Notes under the pieces: generated by a model
Database searches by the model: none
What the model was told of the DNA's origin: nothing
What the model saw: only the letters and a program-made list of their open reading frames with translations
In this document: positions 1-14,304 of the stretch, one piece after another
Position numbering within the stretch: position 1 is the first letter of the stretch
How the letters are laid out: each line of letters starts with the position of its first letter
Source of the DNA: Lingula anatina
Lineage: Eukaryota > Animalia > Brachiopoda
Assembly: GCA_051362555.1 (NCBI GenBank)
Contig: CM120644.1
Coordinates: 16,576,534 to 16,640,533 of the forward strand
DNA length: 64,000 nucleotides
Reading direction: 5' to 3'
Translations under genes and position numbers: made by a program

Positions 1-814
1 ATGAACACTCTGCTTCAATCATTGTACAGAACTTATGAGGCTTGAAGACAGAAAATTGGGGCTTGAAGACAGAAAAGTGCTCACAGAAAACCCTTTATTT
101 ATCCGATTAGTTGGAAACAGAAGCCTTCAGAAGCATTTCATTAATTTTTTATTGCACTCATATCTTGATGCGTATGGAAGAAGTGCAGCACAGCATATGC
201 CAGTATGTATATTTACAGAACAGTACCTTGCCCTTTGTTTATTTGCAGTGTCAATATAAGTTGAGGTATATAATGGATATATATTTATATGTTGTATTAT
301 GTCTCCAGCCAGTGATCATGTAAATCAAAATTGTTTAAACCACTTGTAAGATATATTCTTTATGAATATAAATAATTAAATGAATAATAATAAAAATAAT
401 AATAATTATTATCTTAATTGATGATAATTCCATGAAACTGCCTGTTATGTGATAAGTACATATTCTAGCATGTTATTTTTCATTAAATGATTTTTTTTTT
501 TTTTTTTTTTTTACAAAATGGCTAAAGAAAGTGGTACTCATTAAAATTTGCCATCCTCTTTTTTTAAGGCAAAAAAAGATGATTTGCTGAAACATTTCAT
601 TACTTTGTCAAAATCAAAATGTTTCTTGTAGGAGACTTTATGGAGGCCATACTTCACACACGTGCAGAGTCCGTGTATTTTCAGTGACACAGAGGGCAAA
701 ATTACTTCAAGCACCAGAAGCTCAAACAAACATAGGCTGCACACTTACTGTTTATTTTAATGCCATTTGCATAACAATGGCTCCATGTGATAAAAACAGG
801 CATTTTAACGAATA

Positions 815-1058
815 TGACTCATTACCAAAAAAATATCATTTACGTAGATTGATCCAGCTGCATGGGAACTCAAACTGATTGTTATCAGATAAAATTGCCA
901 CCTGGCAGTGAGTAGAATACGAAAAAGCTGGCGTGATTTTACAAGATCTACTACTTTGGAAACCCAAAGGAGGAGTATTTATCTGATGGCATGTACTGAG
1001 AGTCCCCGCGGAGTTGGATCGATCTGTGAAGAATGATAGTTGCATTGTGAATGGGCCC
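815..1058. mobile_element. MITE family A, degenerate copy (PIF/Harbinger-like)
   Basis: Carries the family core GAGTAGAATAC.GAAAAGCTGG and the subterminal GAGAGTCCCCGCGGAGTTGGATCGATCT; ends in GAATGGGCCC. Confidence 0.6.
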
Positions 1059-1355
1059 ATAGACGTTTTCATTGGGAGAGGTCTCCTTATCTCGGGAGAA
1101 GATGGCTGCACCAGAATTATAATCAAACTTGCATATACGTAAAATACACACACAAACACACGCGCGCTCCATATCATACTAATTTAATACCATTTCTTTA
1201 AGTTCTTCTTCGTCTTTTTTATTTCATTTTATTTATTTATTTTTTTTTTATTTTTTGTTGAATGGATACTACATTTTTGGTTTTCCATACTTCAATAGGT
1301 GTTTATACAATTGTAGGCTCAAATATACAAAGTACATGTGCACACGCACGCACGC

Positions 1356-1356
<1 letters not shown>

Positions 1357-1409
<53 letters not shown>

Positions 1410-1410
1410 A
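1357..1410. repeat. (CA)n microsatellite
   Basis: Perfect CA run. Confidence 0.95.
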
Positions 1411-3118
1411 TATGGCAAGCAAATGCACTTTCATTGGCACACATCACAAATTATTCAACGACTGCTTACTCCATCATGCATATACACAGACCTGGCATAT
1501 AAACTGTGCATACTTAATGGCATTGACTTCACAGTTGCCTCAACTGGTGTGATCAGAACAAATGTACACTGCCCCTTACTTGACATCTGTGCACGTTGTA
1601 GTCTGGTTTACACTGGCCAAAATCCATTGCGATCCATGTCTGTATATTTGTCTTCATGGAAAGCAGGTTGCTTTTGTGCTGTGTGTGTGTGCACGCACGC
1701 GCGTGTGTGTGTGTGTGTGTGAGCATGTGTATGCATGTGTGTGAATGAGAATCCATACTCGATAATGCAATCAAAGTTCAATAATTGTCTTAATTGTCTT
1801 TGTATTAAGCATGCAATTTGTCATCTGTTGTGCTCTGTGATTGATTTATAACTTACTTCTCTGTACGAAGCAATGCAACCCATTTGCTTCCTTGCGATTG
1901 ACACACAATCTGGTCTAAAACACACCTGGTTCACTTGCACTGCACCATAAGAAGCAGTGTAAACGGGACAAATTTGCACCTGGTTAATCTTTGACTTCTG
2001 TGGTCCTAATCCTCCCAGCACACATACAGCAGTCTGTGAGAGAGCATAATATAATAGGGAGATAGCAAGACACTCGAGACCCCTCTCGACTCTCCTAAAT
2101 ATTTCAGGTAAACGTCCCAATGTTGATTGTTGACAAGTGCGTAAGGAGAGGTCGATGTTTGATGTGCGGTCTTATCACTTTAAAATCGGGGAGTTTTGGC
2201 TACGGACCTCTGCTTGTTTTGTTGGGTTAAAACTTGCTGGACTGATCGGAATATTAGAGGAATGCTGGTATACTGCTTCTTTGACCGTTTGAAGTGAACC
2301 TTTCAACCAGCACTACTGTTTTTGACAGCTTAAAAAGAATATATTATTTTGTTTTATTTATTTTTTTTTACAAGAGATTAGCAGTTATTTCATGAGCTGT
2401 GCTCAAACGAATGAAGAGGAGTGCCTGATTTGAGCTTTATTTGTAAAGCAGTATTAGTATTGCTGACCATTTGTTGCTTACTGGACTAAGCGAAGTTAAA
2501 AGTATTAAAAATTACTGGTTTAAGAGGAGAACTGTAGCTGTCTTGACCATCACCAGCTGGTCAGAACATTTGAATGCTCCAGATGGACGGCCAAGGATAT
2601 CACAGTGTTGTACCTCATGTCTTCACACCCTATCTGGTAGGACGGTGGATTTAGGTTATGGTAATTATTCACAGCGTTCAAACAACTCCGCTAAAAAATG
2701 GGTTTGAATATGTCTGTTAGTTGCAAAAAAAAAAAAAAAAACCTTTTGAATCTGCCTGTAGGTTGCAAAAAAAAAAAAGACTTTAGTTTTGAATTTGTCT
2801 GTTGGTTACATAAAAAAAACATTTTAACAACAACATCTCATGTGATGATATAACTTTTTTTGTTAGCTATCAGCATTGGTTTTTGGATGTACAGGTTGTC
2901 AGTTTTGTTTGAATTTTGTGAATAATTACTGTAGTGGAGCAGCATCTCACACTATTAATCCTACTATGGAGTAGGAACAGAGTTTTGGTTCACATGATCA
3001 CCATTTTTTTTCAACAGAATATCATACTAGTTGATAAGAAGGACATTCCACTAATTGATGCCTGCTATCAAATTACTATCAAAACTTCATAAACTAGAGT
3101 CATGCTTGCCTACATTGA

Positions 3119-3331
3119 GGCCATTCAGAATGAGAAGAGCCGAGTACTAGCTAGGCCACAAACTAAATATGGCGGACCTACATGAAAGGAAGATCGGTTA
3201 ATCCTGTAATGGTCTCTCCGCCTCTCATACGGCTCCCCAAGTATCATCCCTCGCCTGAGTCGAGATTTAATTACTGTGCCCCTGCAGGTCGTGGCCTAGC
3301 TAGCACTCTGCTCTTCTCATTCTGAGTGGCC
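3119..3331. mobile_element. MITE family E (PIF/Harbinger-like)
   Basis: TIR GGCCATTCAGAATGAGAAGAGC / GCTCTTCTCATTCTGAGTGGCC, flanked by TGA on both sides. Confidence 0.85.
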
Positions 3332-3698
3332 TGAATGAAGTGATGATCCATTTTATACATAGCATCAATATTTTATTTACATAACTGACATAAGCTTATA
3401 GATAGTATTTCAAAGAGCATAGAAACACTTGCTTATCATGGTTAATAATTATGATCCTGTGAATAATTTACCAAGCTTTCTGGGAAACACCAGCTTTAGC
3501 ATGCTAACTTGTATGTGATATTTGTCAGGACTGCCATTGATATGATGCAGTTTTCTTTCAATGTGGTGGATTTGAGTGATGTTTAGTCTGTTATACTCAA
3601 AGGTGCTTTTGTTGAAGTTGTCTGTGATGTATTTGTTGCTATGTGCTTTTATGTCTATGCATGTGTGCGTGTCTGCATATGTTTATGTGTGTTTGTAT

Positions 3699-3971
3699 GG
3701 CCCCATTCAGAATAGATGTTCCGCTGACTAAATATGGCCGACCGCTTTTCAAAAGGGATGCCACTGATTCTCGACGATCTCCCTGCCTTCACAGGCGCTG
3801 TCACTGCAGGGGCCTAGCAATTAAATCTGGGAGCCAAATTTTAATATGTTTAATGATGCATGTGGAGGCAGAGAGACCGTCAGGAATCAGCAGCATCTCT
3901 TTTGAAGTGTGGTCGGCCATATTTAGTCTGCAGATCAGTTAGTACTCGGATCATCTATTTTAAATGGGACC
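3699..3971. mobile_element. MITE family E
   Basis: GGCCCCATTCAGAATAGATG ... CATCTATTTTAAATGGGACC. Inner inverted arms GACTAAATATGGCCGACC / GGTCGGCCATATTTAGTC. TAT duplication. Confidence 0.8.
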
Positions 3972-4865
3972 TATGTGTACCAACCCTGTGTCTGCATTTG
4001 TGGGTTTGCATGAGTACATCTGTATGCTTGTGTTTTAACTGGGTGTGTCTATATGTGTGTTTTGATCAAAATTGTTTATAAGATAAATTTATGTACATGC
4101 CACCTGGGCATGTTTTTTGGTGTATATGTGCACACGAACATGTGTATTTGTATATGTGTACATGAACATGTGTATTTATACTGTACATGTGGATATATTG
4201 AAAAATCTTTCACAAAATAATAATTTAGCTTGATTGCATATATATGTACATACAGTCAAGATATGTGTTGAAACATGGAAAAATTGACCAATGTAAAATG
4301 TGCTTCAATTGTTAGGTAGCATTCTTAACGAAGACGGATGTCTGGACTTCTTAACTCTTTTGGTGTCGTGTGTCCTCATATAAATCCTAAAAAATTTAGG
4401 GAAAATGGGGTTAAAATGGTGATCATTAGAGAATGAGTATAATGCTTATTCTTTATCGTGAGGAAAAACAACCTTGTTATCCATCCCATTATCTTATCTG
4501 TCAACAAAGTCACCTGTAGGACTTTGACATCCTTGGACCCGGATATAGAAATTATCCCATATTTTGGGTCACCTTTGCATAGTCTTTGTTCACTTGTCTG
4601 ACATATGAATGTGTAGAGTAAGTCTGAGAAAGGTAAGATAAGATATACAAAACCTCATGTTTATTTTAGTTATATATATTATATATTTATTAATTAACTT
4701 GGTACAGGTACATTTTGAAGTGACTGCTGATAACATTCTATAACTATGATATCATACTAAAACTTCAGTTACAGTTTCAAACATTTTAAAAAAAATTAGG
4801 TTAACCATTTTGACAGTTTCAAGTACTACATGTTATCTGGCTGGTAGCCAGATTTTTTCCTCTTA

Positions 4866-5050
4866 GGGCTCATTTCCACTGACACTTAACAATTTTGGAG
4901 GACTTTTGCTGAATGCAATCAGTTTAACGGATTAATCTGCCTCCCCTTGTTTCCCATGTGCTCCAGTAATCATCAGCTTTTCTGTATACTACTCAATGAA
5001 AGGGGGGGGGGGGGTGATAACACCATGCTGCTTTCGTGGAATTTCACTGA
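4866..5050. mobile_element. MITE family A, degenerate copy
   Basis: Starts TTA|GGGCTCATTTCCACTGA as at 27692 and contains the core ATCATCAGCTTTTCTGTATACTACTCA. Right end is uncertain. Confidence 0.6.
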
Positions 5051-6896
5051 CTTTGAGTGGGACAGCAGATAGATTAGATCGCCTCCCAGTGGTGATCTAA
5101 TCGTAACACCACCAAGGCAACATATCTGGACGGAAAAGGCCTCTTAAATAGTGCAATCCCCCTTGCACTCAGATAATGCATTGTTTCTATCTGAGATATG
5201 AGTAAACACCAGGACCTGGGATTTCTCTGTATTCATTTATTCATTTCACCTGTTGACAGGAATGTCATTTCATGACAACTCAGAGTGTTAGCCAGGGAGG
5301 CTGAGTGTGACATTTTCAGCATTATGTATTCCGAAGCACTTGTGTTAAGTAAGTTCTGCACAGCTAGCATTAGTGGTGCATGCTGGGTTTGCTACAGGTA
5401 ACAGTACTCATTATATACTTGGAACTGTCGGAGACAGTAGCATAGGAAAAATAAGTAATAATTATCTGTCTGTCTGTTTGTCCATTTTTTGCCCGTCCGT
5501 CTGCTCACTCATTTATCCTTCCAGCCATCCATCCAGTGAGGTCATTGATCTATCTATCTGTGTGAAGTAAGAGTTATGGAATTGTATCTGAAAGAATAGG
5601 TACTGAAAATAATCTCTCTTCTCTTCACTTTATCTCCATTTCAAATCCCTGCTAGCAGACTAAAACACTGCAACTGTGAAAGTGACTTTGTGACCCCCCA
5701 CCCCCCAGGACTGTCATATGACATACAGGTCATACAGTAGTTATGTAGGTCAGGTAAACGATACACTGTATGGAATGGAAAAGGTAAACAGAATGTACTT
5801 TTTGGTTAATCTTTTATGAGTTTGAATGAAGTCAATCTTGGTTTGATGAACAAGGAAGTTTAATGCTCTGCCACACCTGGCGCTAAGGTGTACATATGAG
5901 TATCCTATGTGACATAGATTACTTTTTACACAACATTGAGTGTAAAAAATCACCCTGTTTCCAGCATGTTAAAATGAAGATGTAAGAAATGTATGAAATT
6001 GTTTTTGAACCTTTTATCTCCTTCTTGGCATGGGAACCTTCACCAACATTTACCTGCACACTCGATGTAAGATGTAGGATGTAAGTATAACAAACCCCTT
6101 TGCATTTGTCTGCATACAGGATTTTTTTTCTTTTTTTTCTTTTTTTTTAGTACGGTACCGTACGCTAGACGTGACAGTGCCCTTGTGTGTCAAGAGACAA
6201 GAGAGAGAGAGAGAAAGAGTGAGAGATTTTTGATATCTTGGGATTATGGTTTTTGTTGAGACTGAAATTTTTGGTTAAAATATTGGTCCATGAGGGGTTG
6301 TTGAATTATTGGGATGCTTGAGTTTTAAGAGGTATGGGTTCAGATGGTGTGGTGACATTCAGGTGCCTTGGAACTTGAGTTGGTGAAAAATATATTTCAT
6401 CGATAACATACTTGTAAGGTAAAGTGTGGCCAACATGCCCACTGCATGTTTATGTTTTTGGAGTACACATGATTTTACATTATGTGTAATCTGTTTTGGC
6501 ATGATAACTAAAAGGTGTATGCATTTTAATCATTATCATAACTCCAGCCCTACAATATTATTTGTTTCCAGAGAAAATAAACACAGTAAATCACCACTGC
6601 CACATGTCAAAATAAAATATGCGCATGTTAGTCCTGTAGATATATATAACATAATATAGTATATGCACCTTGTATACATTATATATCAGGGAGAGTGGTT
6701 GTATGTTAGTAGACAGTGATACAGCAGAGTAAGATGACATTATGTTGCTGAGATGTCGCCGCAAGACATCAAGGCCCCCTTTCCTGCTAGTCATGACATG
6801 CTGTTAATGTGAGGTTTAGATTGTGGCAAGATGATGGATCAGTGTGGTGTTTGATTTATTATATTTATAATACTGGAGAGAGAGCAATTAAAGAAA

Positions 6897-6898
<2 letters not shown>

Positions 6899-6947
<49 letters not shown>

Positions 6948-6985
6948 ATTGTGTGTGTGTGTGTAAGAGAGAGAGAGAGAGAGAG
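6899..6985. repeat. (GA)n/(GT)n compound microsatellite
   Basis: Direct reading. Confidence 0.95.
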
Positions 6986-7181
6986 CAAAAGAGGGAGGGA
7001 TGGTGTTTGTGCTTTTGTGTGTCCCTTTGTGTGTGTGTGTCTGTGCACGCATGAGATGGAGGGAGAGAGAGCGTTTAATGAAAGGCTTGTTGCTTATAGT
7101 TCCAAGTTCAAGTTCAAATAGTTTTAAGTGACATATTCAAAAGCAGTTCAGAGATAATGTATACTCTGACAGTAACCATAA

Positions 7182-7354
7182 CTGGGGTGGCGCAATCAAT
7201 TTATTTCATTTAGCCAAATTACTACTTTTTCATCGCTTTTTTGTCCAAATGGTTTAAATTTGACTAAAATCGGTCAAATCAACCCTATTTTGTTTAGCCA
7301 AAGTCGGCCAGTTTTAGCATTTGGCTAAATTGGCGAGTGTTAGCGTTGCCCCAG
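7182..7354 (+). mobile_element. MITE family H, 5-bp TSD
   Basis: TIR CTGGGGTGGCGC / GCGTTGCCCCAG, flanked by CATAA both sides. Internal TTAGCCAAA repeats. A second copy lies at 57066. Confidence 0.75.
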
Positions 7355-8087
7355 CATAATTTTAACCCAGATGGGCTTACAAGACACTTACTTTAGTATG
7401 TATTTTGATAGAAGGGGTGCCAGAATTATAGTTTTGTCTAATAGTAAATGTTTAAAAAAAATAAACTTAGCTGAATACCTTATTGCTTCTCTAGACATAA
7501 TATCAATGAGTTTCTTATCAGAGCTTATACATGTGAACTTGTGCATAGTTAAGTGCTATACATTTGTTAAAGTGTTGTCTTCCCAATGAATGAAAAGGGA
7601 AATTAAAAAAAAGAAATTTATTTCTCAAAATGTAGAACGAGTATTTTTTGCCACTTTATTTATCAATGCTGTACATGAGGAGTGCCTTATTGAAAACAAC
7701 ATTTTGTTTCATGAGATGTCCAGCTTGTAAAGATATGCTGTAATTTGTGTCCCAGTATTCAGTTTTCGAATTGTTGTCATATCTTGACCCCTAAAAAATA
7801 TCAAAGCCAAAGGATTTTCAGTATTGTTCAATCTATTTATTTCTTATCTTTATTTCAATACCCAATATGTGTGTGTGACGGAGGGGTTTTTTACACACTG
7901 GTGTGGGTGCACTGGCAGATTAGGACATGCGTTTACACAACCTGTTGCACATATCTAGTCGTCATAAGTTTCTTCCCACTAGCCACTGTACCACCTACGA
8001 TCTATTTCACATATTAATTCAAGCCCACTCAGCCTTTAAAACATTCACATTGAACAAAATTATAATTTTATGTTTATGTACTTTCAG

Positions 8088-8276
8088 CCGACAAGACAAC
8101 CCTATCCCAAGAGAAACATGTCTCCAGCAGGAGTGCCACCAGGTGGCGCTGGTTACCAGCAATGGCAGCCTGCAGGGTATCAGTATCGCGGCAGTCCACG
8201 CTTTTCCTCGCCCGTCAACCCGGCCGCCTACGGTAGCTACAATGCCCAGACTTATGGAGCCGAGTATGATAGAGAT
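8088..8276 (+). CDS. shep: Internal coding exon (63 codons, phase 0-0); probable N-terminal low-complexity region of an alan shepard/RBMS-like RNA-binding protein
   Basis: Acceptor tactttcag ends at 8087 and donor GTGAGT starts at 8277. The 189 nt are open and GC-rich against AT-rich flanks. Peptide: PTRQPYPKRNMSPAGVPPGGAGYQQWQPAGYQYRGSPRFSSPVNPAAYGSYNAQTYGAEYDRD. It shows colinear resemblance to my recollection of the Drosophila Shep N-terminus (MTSPAA..WTPQGY..YTAPLPQPAYAAY..TYGQR). The exon call is strong; the gene identity is recalled, not searched. Confidence 0.7.
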
Positions 8277-11200
8277 GTGAGTTTGAAGAAAGTTTTTTTA
8301 ATTTTTTTTTTCTAAATATTTCTGTCTTGTTATAGTGTGTATGTTCATGTCATGTGTATGATTGGGAGGGTGGTTGTTCACGTGTGGAATTGAAACTGAT
8401 GTTTTTACAGATATTTGTTTGGTTTTTTCTGTATTTCACTTTTTTTTTCTGTATGTTGAAGCATTTGCTTATATTTCATATCGTACTAATGTGTCAGAGC
8501 CTTGATTGGAATATATCTGTATATATGCCCTTCATGTGAATGCACACACACATACACGCCATTTTTGAAAGGTTACACAAGCTACACAGGTGTCACATTT
8601 GGATTAAAAGATATCAATCACATTAACAGTTGGATCTCATTATTTTTCCTACTCCTCAGGTTCCCCTTTCAGAATACTGCTCAATATATTCATTGCCTCA
8701 TTATTACTATGCATGGAAAACTGATATCACATTTATCATGCATGCAATAGACTTGTGATCAAGCAGTTTGGAAAATGCCTTTTTTTTAGGATTTCTGTCA
8801 TTTTTTTTTTTTTTTCATTGTATACACTGATGTGATATTTAAAATGCTTATACTGGTAGTTGTACAGCCTATGTTCATGAAAAGATAGTTCCAGTTTTTG
8901 TTCGAGTTTTCCCTTTATGTACATGATAATTATGCACAGGTTTCAAACACCACTTTTTTGTTGCATTTTTATTTTAAAATTTATTTGAAATTTACAGATT
9001 TATTTTCTCTCAAAAAACATACTCAACAATTAAACACATGCCATTTTCAGAACAATTGAATAGTGTTTGTGAAGAATAACTAGCAAAATACAACAACTTT
9101 GATTTTAGAAGTTAAATTTTATCAGTTATGTTCGAATTTGTTGGTAAATTACCACATGTTGTATGTGTGACAGCTCATTTTACAATTCTGCCCCGTGTCA
9201 TATCCCGGCATGATGCAGGTACGTTTTCCTTTAACTGGAGAGCTTTCTAGGAAATTATTTATTTTTTCCTCCAGGCCAGGTTGGATGCATCACAACATTA
9301 GCACGTGAACATTTGTGTTATATCATTCCCTGTGAAATTGTATAGCTTTGGGACATTGCATTAACACTGCACAGGTTTTGATGGACATGCACAGATGATC
9401 TAGTGACGAAAATCAATGAAATTAATGTGAACCTTCCTTTATACAAAATGATGACATTTTTCATAATGCCCACATAATGCTATTCATTGAATAATTCAAC
9501 TGACGTGGTTTTATATGAGTAAACAAAGTCAAGTAGAACAAACAGCCAATTCACAGCAGAGGAATATAAAAGGATGTCCTTGGATGATTCCTCTGTCCGT
9601 GACATCTTGATGACCCTTATGACCAGCTGTGAACAGTGTCACAACCAGCCTTGACCGCTGCAGCTGTGACAGTCCGTGACATGGCTGTTAATACAGATGG
9701 TCTGCATTGCAATTACCTGGTGATTTTTTAAAAAAATTATTTATTTATTTATTTATTTTTTGCATCCTGAATTTTGAAACTGTTTAAATTAATTAGGTCT
9801 CTTTATATTAAGACTTTACAATGTGGCCTTATAACAGAAGGGTTTTAAAAACCAGATTTAGTTGTTTATTTATTTATTTATTTAATTTTTAATTTTTTAT
9901 TTTATCCTGAGTTTCATACTTATTTAATTAACAAATCTGTGGTTCACATTGAATAAAGAGAATTAGTTTCACACTCTAGACGTTGAGAGGTTTGTTAAAC
10001 TCATTTTTGTTTTGAAAACAGATATTTATCCATAGTTGCATTTTTCTTTACAAGTGATCTTATACATTTGGGGAAAATGTGATGCCCACATTGCCCTCAA
10101 CAGTCACAATCAGGATAGGTAATCCATGTTTTCATGATTGTCTTCACAGTTGAGCTGAGATTGTGCTTTATCTCACCCAACACAATTCCTATTATTCCAC
10201 TTCATGTCTGCCTTCTCAGTGGGGAGCTCTCTGCATTCTGGGTTAGCAGTGAACCATGAAGGAAACTCGTCACCTTATTTCTTATTCTGTGTTGGAAACG
10301 TGGTTTGCCCTGAATTTTATCATGTTTGATCTTTAAGTGTGGCTGCGTGAACATGCACACGTGAGCATGTCTGTCTGCTCATGTGTGTGTGTGCTTATGT
10401 GTGTGGGGGGGTGCGTGTGTGCGCATGTGTGTGTGCGCATGTGTGTGTGTTTGTGTTGGGGGGGCATTAACATGTTTGATCAGGAAAGAGAAGCATCGAT
10501 TATAAAGATGAACAGAGGAAATATTAATTATAAATCTTAATCCTCTGAGAGGGAATATCATGTATGTTTTACAAAGATTTTCTGGCAGATACTTGGGTAA
10601 AATTACATGGTGCACAGACGTGTTCACAGAGTGGTTGTTCTCTCAAAATAACATGTAATTAATTGAATGTTTGCTTAATTAAACACTACAGAGACAGGTG
10701 TGGTAAACCCATATCTTATCCCTCTTTGAACTCGTATGAATCTGTGAACAAGGCTGATAAACTGTAAGATAAATGTTTAAAAAAAAAGACGGAGAAAGTT
10801 CCATGTTTGAGGTTTCTGGTTTAGAGTGAGAAAGCCACATAGAGGAAACCAAATGAAATGTGACAAGAGAGATACAGAGAGTGGAAAAAAAGGAAAGAAT
10901 AGTTCAAGGAAAGATAAAACATTGAACAAATTATAGGAAGGTTTATTTAAGAGGTGGTGGACTTATATCTACACTTTGAGCTATCTAATCTCTTTTCTCT
11001 AATGCACTTGGGGATGGAATGAACTGTTGTAACACACTGGAATACATAAACTAGTTTAAGAGAAATTCTTTAAGCCAGGGCGTCCAGAATGCAAATAGAG
11101 TTACTGAAGACATTGAATGATATTGACTCTGAAATTAGAAGGTGCCAGAACTGAATTGCAAAAAAAAAGAGAGGTAAATAAATAGGTAACAAGAAATACA

Positions 11201-11949
11201 ATATCCACTGTAACATGTCTTCGGGGCGTTCAGTTACAGTTGCAAGCATTTAGTTGCATAAATGAAGGTCGTTAGAATGAAGAGGAAAAGATGACTTTGA
11301 AAAAAGGTTATCTGGTTAAATTGAGGAAAACAAATGAGGTTGTCAAAAATAGGAGACTCACAAAAAAAAAAAAAAAGATGGGAAGGAATCCAGGTGAATT
11401 AACAAACAAAGGTTCCACAGGGGGGAGGAAATTAGCCAAAAAGGGGGGGGGGCTAGCATGCCAACAGAAAATAACTGGATAAGACTATCATATTTTTAGC
11501 CACATTTTCTTAAGCAAAGGTAATTTGTTTTTGTACCTAATTTATCGCTGAGTGGATGACCAGGTTCCCTCTTTTGTATCCTCCTGAGGCTCAAATGTGG
11601 ATTACTCACTGCCAAAAACCTATTTTGAGCCCCTTCCAACAGAGTCTGTGAACAAAGTGTTGATTCAGTTATGTTTTTGGATTGGTACAAGTTACCCCCC
11701 TTAACCCCAAGACACTTAATTTCAAGGCAAATTATGGTCTATTAAAGCCGCAAATTGAAAGTAAACCAAGTGGGAACACATTAGCCAAGAGAGCCGGAGT
11801 TCTGTTCAAGAGGCTCCTTGTGTTCACCTCTTCTGTATTACATATTAAAAGAAGCAGTGCATAGAGAAGTTGGCTTATTTCTGGATACTCTGGTGCACTG
11901 TGGTATCCAGTGTATAGCAGAGAGAGAGGTGAACACAGGTTAGTACTGG

Positions 11950-12016
11950 TACTGTGTGTGTGTTAAGGGAGAGAAGGAAGGAGGGAGAAAGAAAGAGTGT
12001 GTGAGAGAAAGAAAAA

Positions 12017-12053
<37 letters not shown>

Positions 12054-12197
12054 TGTGTGAGAGAGACAGAGAGAGAGTGTTTGTGTGTGTGAGAGAGAGA
12101 GAGAGAACGAAAGGGGCACAAAAAGGAGAGACAGTATGTTTGTGTGTGTGAGAAAGGAAATGTGTGTGAGCGCGCGCGCGTGTGTGAGAGAGAGAGA
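11950..12197. repeat. Compound GA/GT low-complexity tract
   Basis: Direct reading; it generates the spurious SLSL/HTHT ORFs. Confidence 0.9.
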
Positions 12198-12955
12198 ACC
12201 AATGATAATCAGACTGTTGATTCATAATATATGTTAATTTGCACAGCAAACTCCATGTTTAAAAAAAAAACTGAACTTTCATCTTAAGTCATAGATTATT
12301 AACAGCCAAACAATAGAAAAAAACATGAGGCGCTCTTATCTTGAATTTTCGACAGCCAGCCAAGCTGAGACATGCCGTGTCTCCTGCATTGTGTTAACAC
12401 GGAGATCCCACCTGATGGGAGGAGTGCACAGAAGGAACAATAGCATGGATATATAATAATTTGGTAGTTTGCCACTGGTTGCTTGTAGTATAGAGATAAC
12501 TGTGGTTTCAAATGGCTGCTGGCATTACATTCTGCAGAAAATAGGGCCAGCCAGAGTCGTAGATCTCCAAACGCCTTGATATGTTGTGAAAAATTTCATT
12601 GAACTGAATCATACAGCCCGAAGACTGTAGATTGAAGATTTTAGAAATCTTGAATAAAGGGTGGGAAGAATTTGCAGAATGCATATATCTAGAACTAGAT
12701 CTTTTTTAAACATTCAGATATCTTTTTAATTCATTGCTTTTCTTTGGTTGTCTGGTATCAGGGTTTTTTTTTTATCCCCCATTGTAAGAAATGAAAATGA
12801 CTCAAAGGTAAGATTTCTTAAATAAATTGCAGCAACATGTTGATAATTTTAGAATGTGTGGTTATCCCAGTTTAAACATAGTCATGCATGCCCATGCCTG
12901 CATGTGTGCAGGCATGCTCACACACATACACTCAGTTTCCTCAGAGATGATTATA

Positions 12956-13370
12956 ATCCAGTTGACTCTGTGTAAACTCCCACTATATAGGATCCAGTTA
13001 AGTTTGTGTAACCCCCCCCCCCCCCGCCACATATGATCCAGTTGACTCTGTGTAAACTCCCACTATATATAATCCAATTGAATCTGTGTAAATTACTACT
13101 TTATATGATCCAGTTGACTGTTTGTAAACCCCCACTAGGTGTGATCCAGTTGACTCTGTGTAAACTCCTTAGGCCCACAGCCAGCAATATCAATACAGGG
13201 TTCTTTTTTCTGGAAAAGTGGACCTTTTACCATGAAACCTTTATGTACCTAGCTAAAATTTTATTCCGAGGGTACCTTTTCCCATCAAAAAGGGGAGTTC
13301 TTTCGATCTCCCCTGGCTACGGGCCAGCTCCCACACTGTACGATCCAGTTGACTCTGTGTAAACTCCCAC
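12956..13370. repeat. 36-bp minisatellite, about 7 units, interrupted by a MITE
   Basis: ATCCAGTTGACTCTGTGTAAACTCCCACTATAT-type units near 12956, 12992, 13036, 13072, 13108, 13144 and 13343. Confidence 0.9.
13170..13327 (+). mobile_element. MITE family D
   Basis: Homologous to 62382-62557 (AGGCCC..AGCCAG, AAAAGTGGACCTTT, CTGGCTACGGGCC). Flanks are CTCCT/CTCCC. Confidence 0.8.
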
Positions 13371-14272
13371 AAGGCAATATGCTGGGGTAAATTTGCATCA
13401 CTCTGGTCAACATAAATCAGAAGAAATGAACGTAATATGAATGGTAATGGGACAGTTGTGAGTGTAGATTTTTCAACTCTGCACCATATCATGGCCAAAG
13501 CTGCCATAAATATTCTGGAAAATCTGTTGGTTCATTCAGAGAAATAGTCGAGTTTATTTCGAGTAAGGTTGTAAAGGGCAAGTTGTTTGATATTGCCGGC
13601 AAATGTTGTGCCAGCTTAGCACTATATATCGAGCAAAAGAAATTGGGTGTATTTTTTCAAGTTACGTTTTTTGTTTCTAATTTTAAAACTCTTGAAGTTT
13701 TAGAATGGTGAGTTGGAATCAGAGTTTTTTCTGCCGGGGGGGGGGGGGGGGGGGCATATCCAAAAATGGTAATTCTTAATATGATATGAAGTTAAGAATA
13801 AGTTGAATGTATTTGATTTTTAATAGAATCTGTTGAAAACCAGTGGCTGTTGTTCAGTGAAAAGGTAATATGGGGGTGTATTTTCTAGTGACTATTTTTG
13901 GATTTCTGTCTTCACCTGTGCATTCTATAGTTTGATTGGCAAATACATTTGGGCAAAAATTCATAAAATGGTGTACAACTAATACATTTGGTAATATTCG
14001 GAAGGTGCTTATGGTGCAGTTTTGCCTGTAAATAGTCAGGGCAGGATAGGGGTGTTTGATAAGGTTATATCTAAAGTTATATGTTACTGAGTGATGGTTT
14101 CATATGTGAGCAAGGTGTGCTACTGAATTATTTATGGTGCACTATATATATATATATGTGTGTAATGGTCACTTTAGATGCTCGTGTGGATAATTTATGC
14201 CCTTAGGCTAGTTAATTTTGCCTTAAAGGCTAAGTGAATATCCAGCTAAATCTAAGCATATCCTGCCCCTCC

Positions 14273-14304
<32 letters not shown>

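Noticed and set aside
2056-2183. Weak inverted repeat, possible old MITE
   Set aside because: Only a short TCGAC-TCTCCT match, with no TSD and no second copy.
6752-6811. Short ORF MSPQDIKAPFPASHDMLLM as an upstream exon
   Set aside because: It ends in a stop; the only nearby donor would be phase 2, incompatible with the phase-0 acceptor at 8088.
12956-13370. CRISPR-like 36-bp repeats
   Set aside because: The units are head-to-tail without unique spacers, there are no cas genes, and the context is eukaryotic.
13736-13754. Poly-G tract as a functional G-quadruplex
   Set aside because: Similar G/C homopolymers are scattered across the window (for example near 31680, 35360 and 58790) with no positional pattern.
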